From Pseudomonadales bacterium (GTDB taxonomy: Bacteria; Pseudomonadota; Gammaproteobacteria; Pseudomonadales; Azotimanducaceae), in NCBI GenBank assembly GCA_963422285.2, contig CAXXJO010000002.1, forward strand, positions 1,310,842 to 1,374,841: a stretch of DNA of 64,000 bases, given 5' to 3'. This document shows positions 39,425 to 49,448 of this stretch, one piece after another; position 1 is the stretch's first letter; each line of letters opens with the position of its first letter. The notes beneath the pieces were generated by a model that saw only the letters and a program-made list of their open reading frames with translations, searched no databases and was not told the DNA's origin. The position numbers and the translations under genes were made by a program.

Positions 39425-42037
39425 ATGCGCGTTCGTTTCAGCTTGCACCACGATGGGCTGGATGCCGTGCCGGAGAACACCGCGGTGGGCTTGGCCGCGG
39501 TGGGGCCGGAGGGATTTCTGCGTCTGCTCGAAAGCGACCTCGGCATCCCGCGGCCCGCGGTTCATCCCGCCGAGGAACTGACGCTGTACCGCGCTTGTCT
39601 GGACGAATGCAACGATCTCGCCCGCTTCTACCATCGCTCGTTCGAGGTCGATCCGGTAGGCGTTGCGAACACGCTGCTCGATTGGCGGCGGCAGTGGCAT
39701 CTGCATGGCTGGGACGGCACGTTCCCGGATGGCGTTTCCCGGCGCCTCGCCGATCTGGCTGCGGTCGAGACCCAGGCGAGCGAGCGCGCGCCACCCACCA
39801 TGGGACAGCGGCTGCGCCGCATCCTGGCGCTGCTCGACTCGCGCCGGGTGCAGATTCGCACCCTGGAACTGCTGGACCAACCCGACGATATGCCCCGCCT
39901 GTGGCGCCGCCTGATCGAACATTTCCACTGCGAAACGGCAGCCGAACCCACCGGCCTCGCGCCGCCGGAGTCGGATCTCGGCAAGACGCAGGCGTTTCTG
40001 CAAGGCGGGCCGGCGCATCTGCTTCAGGGCGACGGTTCGCTGCTGGTGCTGCGGGCGGTTTCCCGAGACCTGACGGCCCAGGCAACGGCGGAACTCCTGC
40101 GTCGCTGCGACGACGTGTCCCAGGTCGTGGCCATCGCCACCCGAGACGGCATCATCCTGGACAACGCCCTGCAACGCGCCGGCCTGCCGCGGGTGGGGTT
40201 TCAGCACTATTCGCCGTTTCGCGCCGCCAGCCAAGTGCTGAAGCTGGCGTTGGCACTGGTCTGGGAGCCGTTGGCTCCGCACCGGCTGTTGCAGTTCCTC
40301 ATCCATCCAGTGAGTCCGCTGGCTTGGAACGAGCGCACCCAGCTCGCCCAGGCGGTGGCCGCGGCACCGGGCATCGGCGGCCCCGCTTGGCGCAGCGTCT
40401 TGGCGAATATCGGCGACAGCGCTGGCGACATGGAGTTCTGGACCACGCCCGAACGCTACTCGGCCAGCGAAGGCGCGCCCATCGAGGCGCTGAGCCTGCG
40501 GGCGCGGCGGTGCGCGGCTTGGCTGGGGCGGCGGATCGCCATCGCCGGGGATGCGGAAGAACAGGCCGTCTACGGCGCCGCCCACGCCCAAGCCGAAGCC
40601 TTGGCGGCGACCTTGGATCGTCGCCGCAACGATGGCGCGGAGCGCATGGCGAAGATCGAGGTGGATCGCCTGGTCCACGAAGCAACCCGTCCGCTCCCCG
40701 ACGAAACCACCTTCGCCGAGGCGGGTCATGTGCCGGGCACGACGTTTCCCGGCAATGTCGCGGCGCCGGTGGACGAAGTCTTCTGGTGGGATCTGGCGCC
40801 GACACCCATCGATCTCGCGTCCGTCTGGTCTGCGTCCGAACGCAACGAACTGGCCGCAGTCGGCGTCGAACTGCCGTCCGTGCCGCAGCGCATCAAAGCC
40901 GAGCGCCGCGCCTGGCTGCGGCCCGTGCTGAACTGTCGGCGGCGGTTGACGCTGGTGGTCCACGACCAAGACGAGGGCCGCCATCCGCTGTGGGCGCGCC
41001 TCGAGGAGCAGCTTTCCGGCTGGCTGGAAGTGAGCCTGGACGCGGGCCTGCTGCAAGGCCGCGCCAACCTCGCGGACGCGCTGGGCATCCCCGCGCCACC
41101 GTTGCCGAAGCAGTCGCTGCCGGCGCCGAAACGCTGGTGGCGCATCCGTCGCTCGCTGCCGCCCCCGGATACGGAGTCCTACACCAGCTTGCGGCGGCTC
41201 TGCTACCACCCCCATCAGTGGATGCTTGCCTACCATGCCGCCTTGCAGGGCAGCCGCATCGCCGGCGTTGCCGACGGCAACCTGTTGCGGGGCAATCTGG
41301 CCCACCGGCTGTTCGAGCGGTTCTTCGCCGAGCACGAAGAGCACCAGAAGTGGCGCTCCCTGGACGAAGGGCGCATCCGCGCATGGCTGGACGGGACCAT
41401 AGACGATCTGATCGAGAAGGAAGGCGCGGTGCTGCTCGAGACCGGACGCGGGGTGGAGCGGCAGCAGGTGGCCACCACCCTCCGACGATCCCTGTTCCAG
41501 CTTCTGCGGCACATGCGGGAAGCCGGCGTGGTGAAGGTGCAATCCGAACAGCCTATCGAGAAGGCGTTTCCTGGCGGCATGCTGCACGGCAACGCGGACT
41601 TCGTGCTGGTCGGCGAAAACGGCAGGCGAGCGGTGCTGGACGCCAAGTGGAGCGGCGAGCGCTACCGGCGCGAGGAGTTGGAGGAAGGTCGCCACTTGCA
41701 GCTGGCAGCGTACAGCTTCGCCCTGGCGGAGAACGACTGGCCGTCGCCAGCCTACTATATCGTCTCCACCGGCAACGTGCTGGCCCCGAACGCGGCGTTC
41801 TTCCCTCGGGCGCTGGCGACGGGGACAGCGGTGAACGATGCCGAATCCATCTGGCGCAAGCTCCTCGTCACTCGGGACTGGCGGCTGGCCCAGCTCGCCC
41901 GAGGCGAAATCGAGGTAAACGCCGGCGCGGAACCCGACGACGACTCCGAACCGCCCGAGGACGGTCTCGACACTCGGATCGAGGCGGATCGTTTCGACGA
42001 CTTCCGCTGGCTGGTCGGAGTCGAGCCTTCCCGATGA
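39425..42037 (+). CDS. PD-(D/E)XK nuclease family protein, AddB-like partner of the downstream helicase
   Basis: 870 aa. C-terminal nuclease motif GNADFVLV..AVLDAKWSG..LQLAAY. No Walker A motif and no terminal Cys cluster seen. Its stop overlaps the next ATG (ATGA). Confidence 0.7.
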   Translation: MRVRFSLHHDGLDAVPENTAVGLAAVGPEGFLRLLESDLGIPRPAVHPAEELTLYRACLDECNDLARFYHRSFEVDPVGVANTLLDWRRQWHLHGWDGTFPDGVSRRLADLAAVETQASERAPPTMGQRLRRILALLDSRRVQIRTLELLDQPDDMPRLWRRLIEHFHCETAAEPTGLAPPESDLGKTQAFLQGGPAHLLQGDGSLLVLRAVSRDLTAQATAELLRRCDDVSQVVAIATRDGIILDNALQRAGLPRVGFQHYSPFRAASQVLKLALALVWEPLAPHRLLQFLIHPVSPLAWNERTQLAQAVAAAPGIGGPAWRSVLANIGDSAGDMEFWTTPERYSASEGAPIEALSLRARRCAAWLGRRIAIAGDAEEQAVYGAAHAQAEALAATLDRRRNDGAERMAKIEVDRLVHEATRPLPDETTFAEAGHVPGTTFPGNVAAPVDEVFWWDLAPTPIDLASVWSASERNELAAVGVELPSVPQRIKAERRAWLRPVLNCRRRLTLVVHDQDEGRHPLWARLEEQLSGWLEVSLDAGLLQGRANLADALGIPAPPLPKQSLPAPKRWWRIRRSLPPPDTESYTSLRRLCYHPHQWMLAYHAALQGSRIAGVADGNLLRGNLAHRLFERFFAEHEEHQKWRSLDEGRIRAWLDGTIDDLIEKEGAVLLETGRGVERQQVATTLRRSLFQLLRHMREAGVVKVQSEQPIEKAFPGGMLHGNADFVLVGENGRRAVLDAKWSGERYRREELEEGRHLQLAAYSFALAENDWPSPAYYIVSTGNVLAPNAAFFPRALATGTAVNDAESIWRKLLVTRDWRLAQLARGEIEVNAGAEPDDDSEPPEDGLDTRIEADRFDDFRWLVGVEPSR

Positions 42038-45000
42038 CGCGGGCAAATGAAGAGAACACGCGCTGGCAGCACGTCACCTTCATCAGCGCTGGCGCCGGCA
42101 GCGGCAAGACCTACCGGCTCACCAAGGAGATCGAGCAGGCTCTGGCGGCCGGCGCAGCGACGCCCGCCGGCATCGTCGGCACCACGTTCACCGTCAAGGC
42201 CGCCACCGAGTTGCGCGAGCGCGTCCGCGCCCGCCTGCTGAACAGCGGCCGCCTGCTGCTGGCGGAACAGACCGCGGAATCTTTGATCGGGACGGTACAC
42301 AGCGTTTGCGAGCGCTTGCTCACGCGGTTCGCCTTCGAACTCGGCCTGACGCCGGAACTGAACGTGCTGAGCGCCGACGACGGAGCACACCTGTTCAACC
42401 AGGCGCTCGACGAGGCGCTCGAGGTCGAACAAGTGCGCCAGATGAACGCAATCGCCCAACGCCTCTTTCCCTCCGGGCAGGATCAGCCTAGTTGGCAGAC
42501 GGTGGCGAAGAACCTTGCCGATCAAGCGCGAGAGAACGACATCGACGCCGATGCGCTGCGCCGCATGGGCGAACGCAACGCCGCCGACCTGCTGGCGTTC
42601 TATCCCGAACCCGGGGACTCGGAACCCACCGGTGAACTGCTCCGGCGCGTATCCGAGACCATCGACAACCTGCCGGTGGATGCCTACCAAGGCGCACGAA
42701 AATACCAGGAGCTGCTGATCGCAGCGCAGTCCCAGCTCGGCCGCGACGACTGCCCTTGGTCGGTGTGGATGCGGCTTGCTGGCTATGCCGGCATCAAGGC
42801 CATTGCCGAACAAGTGGCATACGTCCAGGAAGTGGCGGAATTGTACGAAGGCCATGCCCGATTCCACCGCGACTTGGACGAATTCATGCGCGGAGTATTC
42901 GCCATCGCCGCCGACTCCCTGGCGCGATTTCAGCAGTTGAAGCGCGAGCAGCGCTTCATCGACTTCGCGGATATGGAACAGCTGGCCCTGCATGCCCTGG
43001 ACGAGGGGACCGTGCGCAGCCGGCTGGCGGGCGAGCTGGAGTTGCTGGTGGTGGACGAGTTCCAGGACACCAACCCCATGCAGCTGGCGCTGTTCCTGAA
43101 ACTCGCCCGCCTCGCCGACCGCGCCATCTTCGTCGGCGACGAGAAGCAGGCGATCTATGCGTTCCGCGGCTGCGACCCGGAACTGGTGTCCGACACGCTC
43201 GACGGTCTTGCCGCCGGCGGCGCGGCGCGGGACAAGCTGGCCGCGAGCTGGCGATCGCGCCCCGCCTTGGTGCAGTACGCCAACGAACTGTTCGCCGCGG
43301 CCTTCGTCGGGGACGGCATCGAGCGCGAATCGGTGACGCTGGATGCCAGGCGCGAAGAAATCGCTGGCCCGGCAGTAACCGCTTGGACGCTGGCGGGCAG
43401 CAAAGCGGAGCAACGCGCTCGGGCGGTGGCGGAAGGCATTGTCCAGCTGGTCGACGGGGCAGAACAAATCGTGGATTCGCAGACCAGCCGGCCGCGCCCT
43501 ATCGCTTATGGCGACATCGCGGTGCTGGCACGCACCAACGACGCCGTCGCCCGCATCGCCGCATCGCTGCACAGGGCGCAGGTGCCGATGAAGAGAACGC
43601 TGGCCGGGCTGCAAGGCACCCCGGAGATCGCGCTGGCGAAAGCCTGCCTGCGCCGGCTGGCGGATCGTGCCGACACTCTCGCCACCGCCGAGATCGTGAC
43701 GCTGGCCGACGGCGCGGAGCCGGAAGCCTGGCTTGCCAACCGGCTCGACTGGCTGGCTGCCAACGGCGACGCCTTGGGCTGGCGAGAAGACGATCACCCC
43801 ATCGTCCGGCGGCTGCACGAAATGCGCGACGAGGTCGCCCTGCGCTCGCCGGTGGAAACAGTCGCCCGCGTGCTCAACGAGGCGGACATCCGCCGCCTCG
43901 TCGCAGCCTGGGGGCCGGACGAAGTGCGCGTGGCGCAGCGGCAGAAGAACCTGGACGCTTTTCTGGACCTCGCCATCGCCTACGAACAACACGCCCTCTC
44001 CCATCGGGAACCCGGCACCCTCGCCGGCTTTCTGCTCTGGCTGGAACAGACGCTCTCCCCGGAACTGGACCAGCAACCTGTGGCGGCCGCCGGCAACGCG
44101 GTTCACGTGCTCACCTACCATCGAGCGAAGGGGCTGGAATGGCCGGTAGTGGTCTGTACGGACTTCGACCATTCGGAGCCGCTGCGCATCTGGAATGTGC
44201 GCGTGAAGCGCGCCGCCGCGTTCTCCCTGGACGCGCCGCTGGCGAACCGGGAACTGCGCTACTGGCCGGGTATCTACGGCGGGCGCAAGAACGGCGTACC
44301 GACACGGAAAGTCGTGGAAGAATCCTGCGAAGGACTCCAATGCCGCCGCCAAGCCGTCGCCGAGCAGCGCCGACTGGCCTATGTCGGCATCACCCGGGCC
44401 CGGGATCGGCTGGCGCTGGCGCTGCAGGACAAGAAGCTCTCCAAGGACGCCTGGATGCAGAGCTTCAAGCAGGATTTCGCGCTTCCGTCGGGCACCGAGC
44501 TAATCCTGCCGAGCGGCGCGACCATCCCCACCCGGGCGGAGAAGATCGAAGCCGACGACGGTGAACGCGCCCCTCCGCCCTACCGCCCGCGCTGGTTCGT
44601 TCGGCGCGAGCGCATCGTCCACCCGCGCAAGTTCGTGCAGCCGTCGTCGGCATCCCCGGTGGCAGACGCGGCCATTGGCGAAATGATCGAAGTCGGCCAG
44701 CGCATCCCGCTGCGCGGCGACGACATGGCGGACGTGGGAGCCGGCCTTCATGCCGTCATCGCCGCCGAACTCGTCAACCCCCTGCCGCTGGCGGACGCTG
44801 TGGACCGCGCTTCCGAGCTGCTCGCCGCCCACAATGTGCATATCCATCTAGACGCCGCGGACGCCATCGTTGTCGCCAGTCGTTTCCGCCGCTGTCTGGA
44901 AGATCTCTTCGGAGTGTCGCGGATCGAAGCGGAGGTTCCCGTCGTCCATCGGCTGGACGACGGCCGAGTGGTGCGCGGCGCCATTGACGCCCTCGCCGAA

Positions 45001-45204
45001 ACCGCGCGCGGCTGGCTGATCGTCGACCACAAGTCCTCTCCCCAGCGCCGATCCACCTGGCGGGGCGAGGCCCGCAAGCACTCCGGCCAGCTGCGAATGT
45101 ACCAACAGGCGCTGACTGCCGCCGGCCAGCCGGTGGCCGGCTGCTACATCCACTTCGCAGTCACGGGCGGGCTCGTCGGCGTTCGCTTGCCTGACCCTCG
45201 CTAG
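42034..45204 (+). CDS. UvrD/Rep-type SF1 helicase with a C-terminal PD-(D/E)XK nuclease domain (AddA/RecB-like)
   Basis: 1056 aa. Walker A SAGAGSGKTY, motif II VVDEFQDTNP, YHRAKGLEWPVV, motif VI YVGITRARDRLAL. C-terminal GAIDAL..WLIVDHKSS..QLRMYQ. Confidence 0.85.
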   Translation: MTRANEENTRWQHVTFISAGAGSGKTYRLTKEIEQALAAGAATPAGIVGTTFTVKAATELRERVRARLLNSGRLLLAEQTAESLIGTVHSVCERLLTRFAFELGLTPELNVLSADDGAHLFNQALDEALEVEQVRQMNAIAQRLFPSGQDQPSWQTVAKNLADQARENDIDADALRRMGERNAADLLAFYPEPGDSEPTGELLRRVSETIDNLPVDAYQGARKYQELLIAAQSQLGRDDCPWSVWMRLAGYAGIKAIAEQVAYVQEVAELYEGHARFHRDLDEFMRGVFAIAADSLARFQQLKREQRFIDFADMEQLALHALDEGTVRSRLAGELELLVVDEFQDTNPMQLALFLKLARLADRAIFVGDEKQAIYAFRGCDPELVSDTLDGLAAGGAARDKLAASWRSRPALVQYANELFAAAFVGDGIERESVTLDARREEIAGPAVTAWTLAGSKAEQRARAVAEGIVQLVDGAEQIVDSQTSRPRPIAYGDIAVLARTNDAVARIAASLHRAQVPMKRTLAGLQGTPEIALAKACLRRLADRADTLATAEIVTLADGAEPEAWLANRLDWLAANGDALGWREDDHPIVRRLHEMRDEVALRSPVETVARVLNEADIRRLVAAWGPDEVRVAQRQKNLDAFLDLAIAYEQHALSHREPGTLAGFLLWLEQTLSPELDQQPVAAAGNAVHVLTYHRAKGLEWPVVVCTDFDHSEPLRIWNVRVKRAAAFSLDAPLANRELRYWPGIYGGRKNGVPTRKVVEESCEGLQCRRQAVAEQRRLAYVGITRARDRLALALQDKKLSKDAWMQSFKQDFALPSGTELILPSGATIPTRAEKIEADDGERAPPPYRPRWFVRRERIVHPRKFVQPSSASPVADAAIGEMIEVGQRIPLRGDDMADVGAGLHAVIAAELVNPLPLADAVDRASELLAAHNVHIHLDAADAIVVASRFRRCLEDLFGVSRIEAEVPVVHRLDDGRVVRGAIDALAETARGWLIVDHKSSPQRRSTWRGEARKHSGQLRMYQQALTAAGQPVAGCYIHFAVTGGLVGVRLPDPR

Positions 45205-45654
45205 GAGGCCCGTTGGCTTCACGGTGCCCAGCGGGATCGGGCAACCATCGCGCGAACGGATTGCGAACCGCGACTCCATCGCAGCGTTGGCCGTCGTTGA
45301 TGCCTTCCGTGCAGATCGTGCCCGCGCCCAGCGCTCGCGCCGACAATCGCAGCATCCCAATACGACAGTCGATAGCTCGCTTTCGGTTCCAGAGCATCGA
45401 GCAGCAGGCGTGGGTGGCGACCACTACCAGCCACCGCAGCAGTCGCGTTCCGGCGGGACAGGGCTGGTCGGGGTGGACGGACGAACTGCGTCGACGTGGA
45501 TCTCATGGAGCACCTGCGCAGAAAACCCGCAGTCCATACGGGCAAGCAGAGCCCGGGCAATGCGCTTCTTGGGCGCTTCGTCTCTAGCGTCCGATCTGGC
45601 GCAGAGAAGGATGTTCGTGTCAAGCAAGACCGCGGTGCTCCTAGGCCTGCTCAC
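45161..45654 (-). pseudogene. PIN-domain (VapC-like) toxin gene disrupted by two frameshifts
   Basis: AVLLDTNILL..SAQVLHE is in one frame. YRLSYWDAAIVGAS is in a second frame. ARALGAGTICTEGINDGQRCDGVAVRNPF is in a third frame. Confidence 0.65.
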
Positions 45655-45877
45655 GGCTCGTACGGCATCCGGCCCGGAATCCGGATGCCTTGTCGAGAGC
45701 GGCAAACAACGCCACCTCGGCTGATTCGCCGGATCGAGAAGACGCGAACGACATCAGGAAGTCTCGAACCATTCGGCTGACCGAAGTGTTGCGCTCTGCC
45801 GCGACGATCCGCACCTGACGATAGGTTTCGTCGTCGATGGCGACGGTAAATGTTCTTCAGGACCGAACCCTTGGCAT
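45641..45877 (-). pseudogene. ribbon-helix-helix antitoxin (VapB/CopG-like) with an in-frame TGA at codon 7
   Basis: The gene reads ATG CCA AGG GTT CGG TCC TGA, then RTFTVAIDDETYRQVRIVAAERNTSVSRMVRDFL.. in the same frame. No alternative start follows before the RHH strand. Confidence 0.55.
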
Positions 45878-46080
45878 TCACCGTTCACGGTTTCACCGAT
45901 ACCCAGTCGAGACGCGACAGCCGTGCCTGCAGATGGACCTGCGACGCGAAACGTCCGACCTCGGCCGCTGGTCCAGCGTTCCTGCCAACTTGCGGGAAGC
46001 GGGTCGCCGACAGCGAAAACGGCATCGGGTGTATCATCAAGGCTCCTTGTTCCGTCTCGGTTCCTTCATGACCAGTCCTT

Positions 46081-47499
46081 ATGGCGGATAGCGTCGCCAG
46101 TTCGCCGGTTCGATCCTCGGGCCGTTCCGTCGCCCCCGAAGTCCGCCGCCGAGCCCGGCGACTGGCCAGACGCGCCGGCTTCACCCAGGGCAGGGTCGGA
46201 CTGCATCTGATCCGACTCGGATCGTTCATGGCGATAGGGTCGCTATCCATGAGCGTTGCCCGGATCGCGGAAGCGCTCTACCTCGGCATTGTCGGCACGG
46301 AGGCGCTGGCGGCCATGGGATTCGCATTCCCCATCACCATCTTCCTGTTCGCCTTCGCTGGCGGCATCGGCACCGGCGCTTCCTCCGTCATCGCCCGCGC
46401 CTACGGCGCCGGGGACCGGGCCCAAGCGGCGCGTCTGGTAACCCACGCCGAACTGCTGGTGCTGCTGGTGGGCATCGCCATCGGCGCCGCGGGTTTTCTC
46501 TCCGCCGACTTCGTGCTGGCCCGGCTGGGCGCGGAGGGCGACGTGCTGCGGATGGCGTCCGAGTATCTCAGCATCTACATGCTGGGCTTCCCGCTGTTCA
46601 TGCTGTCCATGGTGGGTTCGACCCTGCTGCGGGCCACCGGCAGCGCGGCCAGCCCCGGCATCGTCATGACCAGCGGCTCCGTGTTGCAGATCGCTCTCGG
46701 CCCGGTACTCATCTTCGGTCTGTTCGGGTTGCCGGAACTGGGCATCGCCGGCGCCGCCTGGGCCTACGTGGCGTCCCGGGTGTTCAGCGTCGCGCTGTAT
46801 GTGGTGGTGCTGCTGCGAGTACGCATGGTGAGCTGGTCCCTAGCCGATCTAGGCGCGTCCTGGTGGGCGATCCTGCATGTCGGCGGACCGGCCACGGCCA
46901 GCGGTCTGATCCACCCAGTGTCCATGCTGGTGGTCACATGGCTGCTTGCCAGACACGGCCATGAAGTGGTGGCTGGATACACCGTCGCGGCGCGGGTGGA
47001 AACTTTGATCCACATGGTGCTCTGGTCCGCATCGTCGTCCATCTCGCCCTTCGTCGGCCAGAACTGGGGTGCCGGCAACTATCAGCGGGTGCGTCTCGCG
47101 CTGCGGCTGTGCAACTTCTTCTGCCTAGCCTGGGGCGTGGTGACCTTCGGGGTGCTGGCCATCGCCGGCGAAGCCATGGTGCGGCTGATCGACCCGAACC
47201 CCACCGTGGTGGAAGTATCGGCCCTGTTCTTTCTCATCATCCCGTTGTCCATCGGCTTCATGGGCGTGATGCAGGTGGCCACCTCCTGCTTCAACGCCCT
47301 CGGCCAGCCGCTGCCGCCGCTGGTGCTTTCGCTGACGCGCACCGCAGCGTTCTACATTCCACTGACGATTCTCGGCGACTACCTGTGGGGCTACGCCGGC
47401 GTGTTCATCGCCACGGCCATTACCAACGTGCTGCTCGGCGTCGCTGCGTGGTACTGGAATCGGCTGGCGGTGCGGCGCGGCATCGCCGCGGCGGCATAG
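46081..47499 (+). CDS. MATE family efflux transporter
   Basis: 472 aa, about 12 TM segments, MATE-like N-terminal region ..VARIAEALYLGIVGTEALAAMGFAFP. Confidence 0.8.
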   Translation: MADSVASSPVRSSGRSVAPEVRRRARRLARRAGFTQGRVGLHLIRLGSFMAIGSLSMSVARIAEALYLGIVGTEALAAMGFAFPITIFLFAFAGGIGTGASSVIARAYGAGDRAQAARLVTHAELLVLLVGIAIGAAGFLSADFVLARLGAEGDVLRMASEYLSIYMLGFPLFMLSMVGSTLLRATGSAASPGIVMTSGSVLQIALGPVLIFGLFGLPELGIAGAAWAYVASRVFSVALYVVVLLRVRMVSWSLADLGASWWAILHVGGPATASGLIHPVSMLVVTWLLARHGHEVVAGYTVAARVETLIHMVLWSASSSISPFVGQNWGAGNYQRVRLALRLCNFFCLAWGVVTFGVLAIAGEAMVRLIDPNPTVVEVSALFFLIIPLSIGFMGVMQVATSCFNALGQPLPPLVLSLTRTAAFYIPLTILGDYLWGYAGVFIATAITNVLLGVAAWYWNRLAVRRGIAAAA

Positions 47500-47505
47500 G
47501 AGGAT

Positions 47506-47958
47506 ATGCTCTGGCTCATGCAGCCAACGAAATCCCAACCGGGCGGCGCACCGCGGCGGGGCGGGGTCAAGTTCGTCCTGCTACATCACCGCACTTGCCT
47601 CGGCGGCGCGTTCCACTACCGAATCGACGCCCGAGGCAACCGTCACGCCGAACTCGACGAGGCGCTGCGCGGCCAGCATCCGCGCAGCATCGGCGTAGTG
47701 GTGGAGGCCGACTGCGATGCCGCGCCCCCGTCGGATGCTCAGATCGGCGCGCTGAAGGCACTCCTGCTGGCACTCAAGCTGCGCTATCCGGCGGTGGAAG
47801 TAGGCGCGCATCGACAGGTTCGGGGCGACGCGGAGACGACATGCCCCGGCCGGCACTTCCCGATGAAGGCGCTCGCCGAATGGTGCCGCAGCGAACTCCT
47901 GCGCCAACGGGACGGAGTGCTGGCGCGGGATTTCGAGTCGCAGTACTCGAATATCTGA
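47506..47958 (+). CDS. N-acetylmuramoyl-L-alanine amidase-like (Amidase_2/PGRP domain) protein
   Basis: 150 aa. Contains FHYRIDARG, SIGVVVEAD, and GAHRQV..TTCPGRHFP, which resembles the AmpD/PGRP zinc-site region. Confidence 0.5.
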   Translation: MLWLMQPTKSQPGGAPRRGGVKFVLLHHRTCLGGAFHYRIDARGNRHAELDEALRGQHPRSIGVVVEADCDAAPPSDAQIGALKALLLALKLRYPAVEVGAHRQVRGDAETTCPGRHFPMKALAEWCRSELLRQRDGVLARDFESQYSNI

Positions 47959-48129
47959 CCGGCAGCCTTGCGGCTGCGGATCGTCGAATGGATCGGACGA
48001 GCCGAACCGCCTCAACGGCGACATCGCCAACTGTTCCGAATCGTCCGCGAGCATCGGCGGCTGGCCTGCCCAGTTCCACTGGACGCTCGCCCAGCCGCGC
48101 CGAGTTCCACCGGCTGCCGTCCGCCCCGA

Positions 48130-48365
48130 GGAAACCCTCGCCGACATCCGGCGACGCTGGTCAGGGAGATCGAAGGCCGGTTCGTCCTGAGCATCGAAGA
48201 CCGCCCCGAAGTCCGCTCCCTGTTCGCGGACTTCGGCATCAAGACGGTAGAGACCCTCTATTCTCCCAACGCCACGGCGGCGAACTGTTCATCGCCAACA
48301 GACGGGCGATTGTCCCGCGCTGGAACGATAGGCGGCACCCCAGGTCCCCGCCGAGCCACGGCTAG
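48130..48365 (+). pseudogene. C-terminal remnant of a Dam/D12-class DNA adenine methyltransferase-like gene
   Basis: EIEGRFVLSIEDRPEVRSLFADFGIKTVETLYS is followed, after a frameshift, by GGELFIANRR. No N-terminal catalytic part is present. Confidence 0.3.
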
Positions 48366-48515
48366 GGAGGGAGCTTCGACTCCACGAATCCGTCCGCCAT
48401 TCGGGCGGGCTTGGCGTTCCCTGGCGAACCTGTGCGCGGCGCCGGCGGCGACTGCCTGGACGCCGTTGCGACGCCGCATGTGCATGGTGGTTGCCGAAGC
48501 CGGTGCCTTGCCGGT

Positions 48516-49448
48516 TCAGGCGGCGGCTTTTTCCCGGCCCGCGCGGAGCGCGGCAAAGCGCTTCTTCAGCTCCGGGCTGGCGTACTTCATGGTGCGCGAG
48601 TAGTCCGGGCCGCTTTCGTCCCAGCCCATGTTGTCGTCCGCGCCCACGAGGCGAGCGAACTCCGGCGGATTGCGATCCAGCATTTCCTGGCTCACCCGCC
48701 ACTGGTAGTTCTCCTGGTTCTTCAGGCGGCGATGGCAGTGGTAGCTGGTGACGTTCAGGCGCAGGCCGTCGGTCTTCTTCTCGAACGCGCCGTGCCAGGT
48801 GTTGCCGTGCCAGACGATGAGCGATCCCGCCTCGGCCTCCACTGGCACCGCGGCGTCCTCGCCTTCGCCGGGCTTGGGCTGGCGGCAGTAGGTATGGCTG
48901 CCGGGCACCATGGCGATGGCGCCGTTGTCCAAGGTGTAGTCGGTGAGGCAGTAGGCGGCGTTGGCGACATCGGAACAAGCCGGCAGGCGGCCGTCGCGGT
49001 CCGGCGGGCAGTCGCTGTGCAGGCCGAGGGACTCGCGCTCGCCCTTCCACTTCACGAACGAGGTGAGGCTGGATATCTGCTGCTGGCCGCGCAGCAGATA
49101 GTCGATGAGCGTGTAGAGGGTAGGGTTCAGCACCCACTCCTCGAACACCTGGTCCGCCATCAGGAGATAGAACAGCAGGAACTGGCCATCGGTTTGCGGC
49201 TGCGCCTTGTAGTGGCCGAAGCCGCCGTTCTTGTCGAGCTCGAACTTCACGCCGGTGCGCTGCTCGCAGACCCGCAGCACCGTCCTGCGCAAGCGCTCGA
49301 AGAAGTCGGGCTCCGCCACTTTCGCCGGCGCTACCACGGTAAAGCCGTAGGCGTCGAGTTCGAAGACGTGCTGTTCGAGCCCGAGATCGCGGACGCGCTG
49401 GAACGTGGGGTTGAAGGCTTCGGTATTCTTGAACTCGCCGAATTGCAT
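48516..49448 (-). CDS. phytanoyl-CoA dioxygenase (PhyH) family Fe(II)/2OG oxygenase
   Basis: ATG at 49448 with GGGAGGGAG upstream. Facial triad context LGLHSDCPP and WHGNTWHGA. Confidence 0.75.
   Translation of the reverse strand: MQFGEFKNTEAFNPTFQRVRDLGLEQHVFELDAYGFTVVAPAKVAEPDFFERLRRTVLRVCEQRTGVKFELDKNGGFGHYKAQPQTDGQFLLFYLLMADQVFEEWVLNPTLYTLIDYLLRGQQQISSLTSFVKWKGERESLGLHSDCPPDRDGRLPACSDVANAAYCLTDYTLDNGAIAMVPGSHTYCRQPKPGEGEDAAVPVEAEAGSLIVWHGNTWHGAFEKKTDGLRLNVTSYHCHRRLKNQENYQWRVSQEMLDRNPPEFARLVGADDNMGWDESGPDYSRTMKYASPELKKRFAALRAGREKAAA

Noticed and set aside
39395-44352. Minus-strand ORFs 39395..42046 (883 aa) and 41755..44352 (865 aa), antisense to the AddAB-like genes
   Set aside because: They have shadow-ORF composition. 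The plus-strand frames contain the helicase and nuclease motifs.
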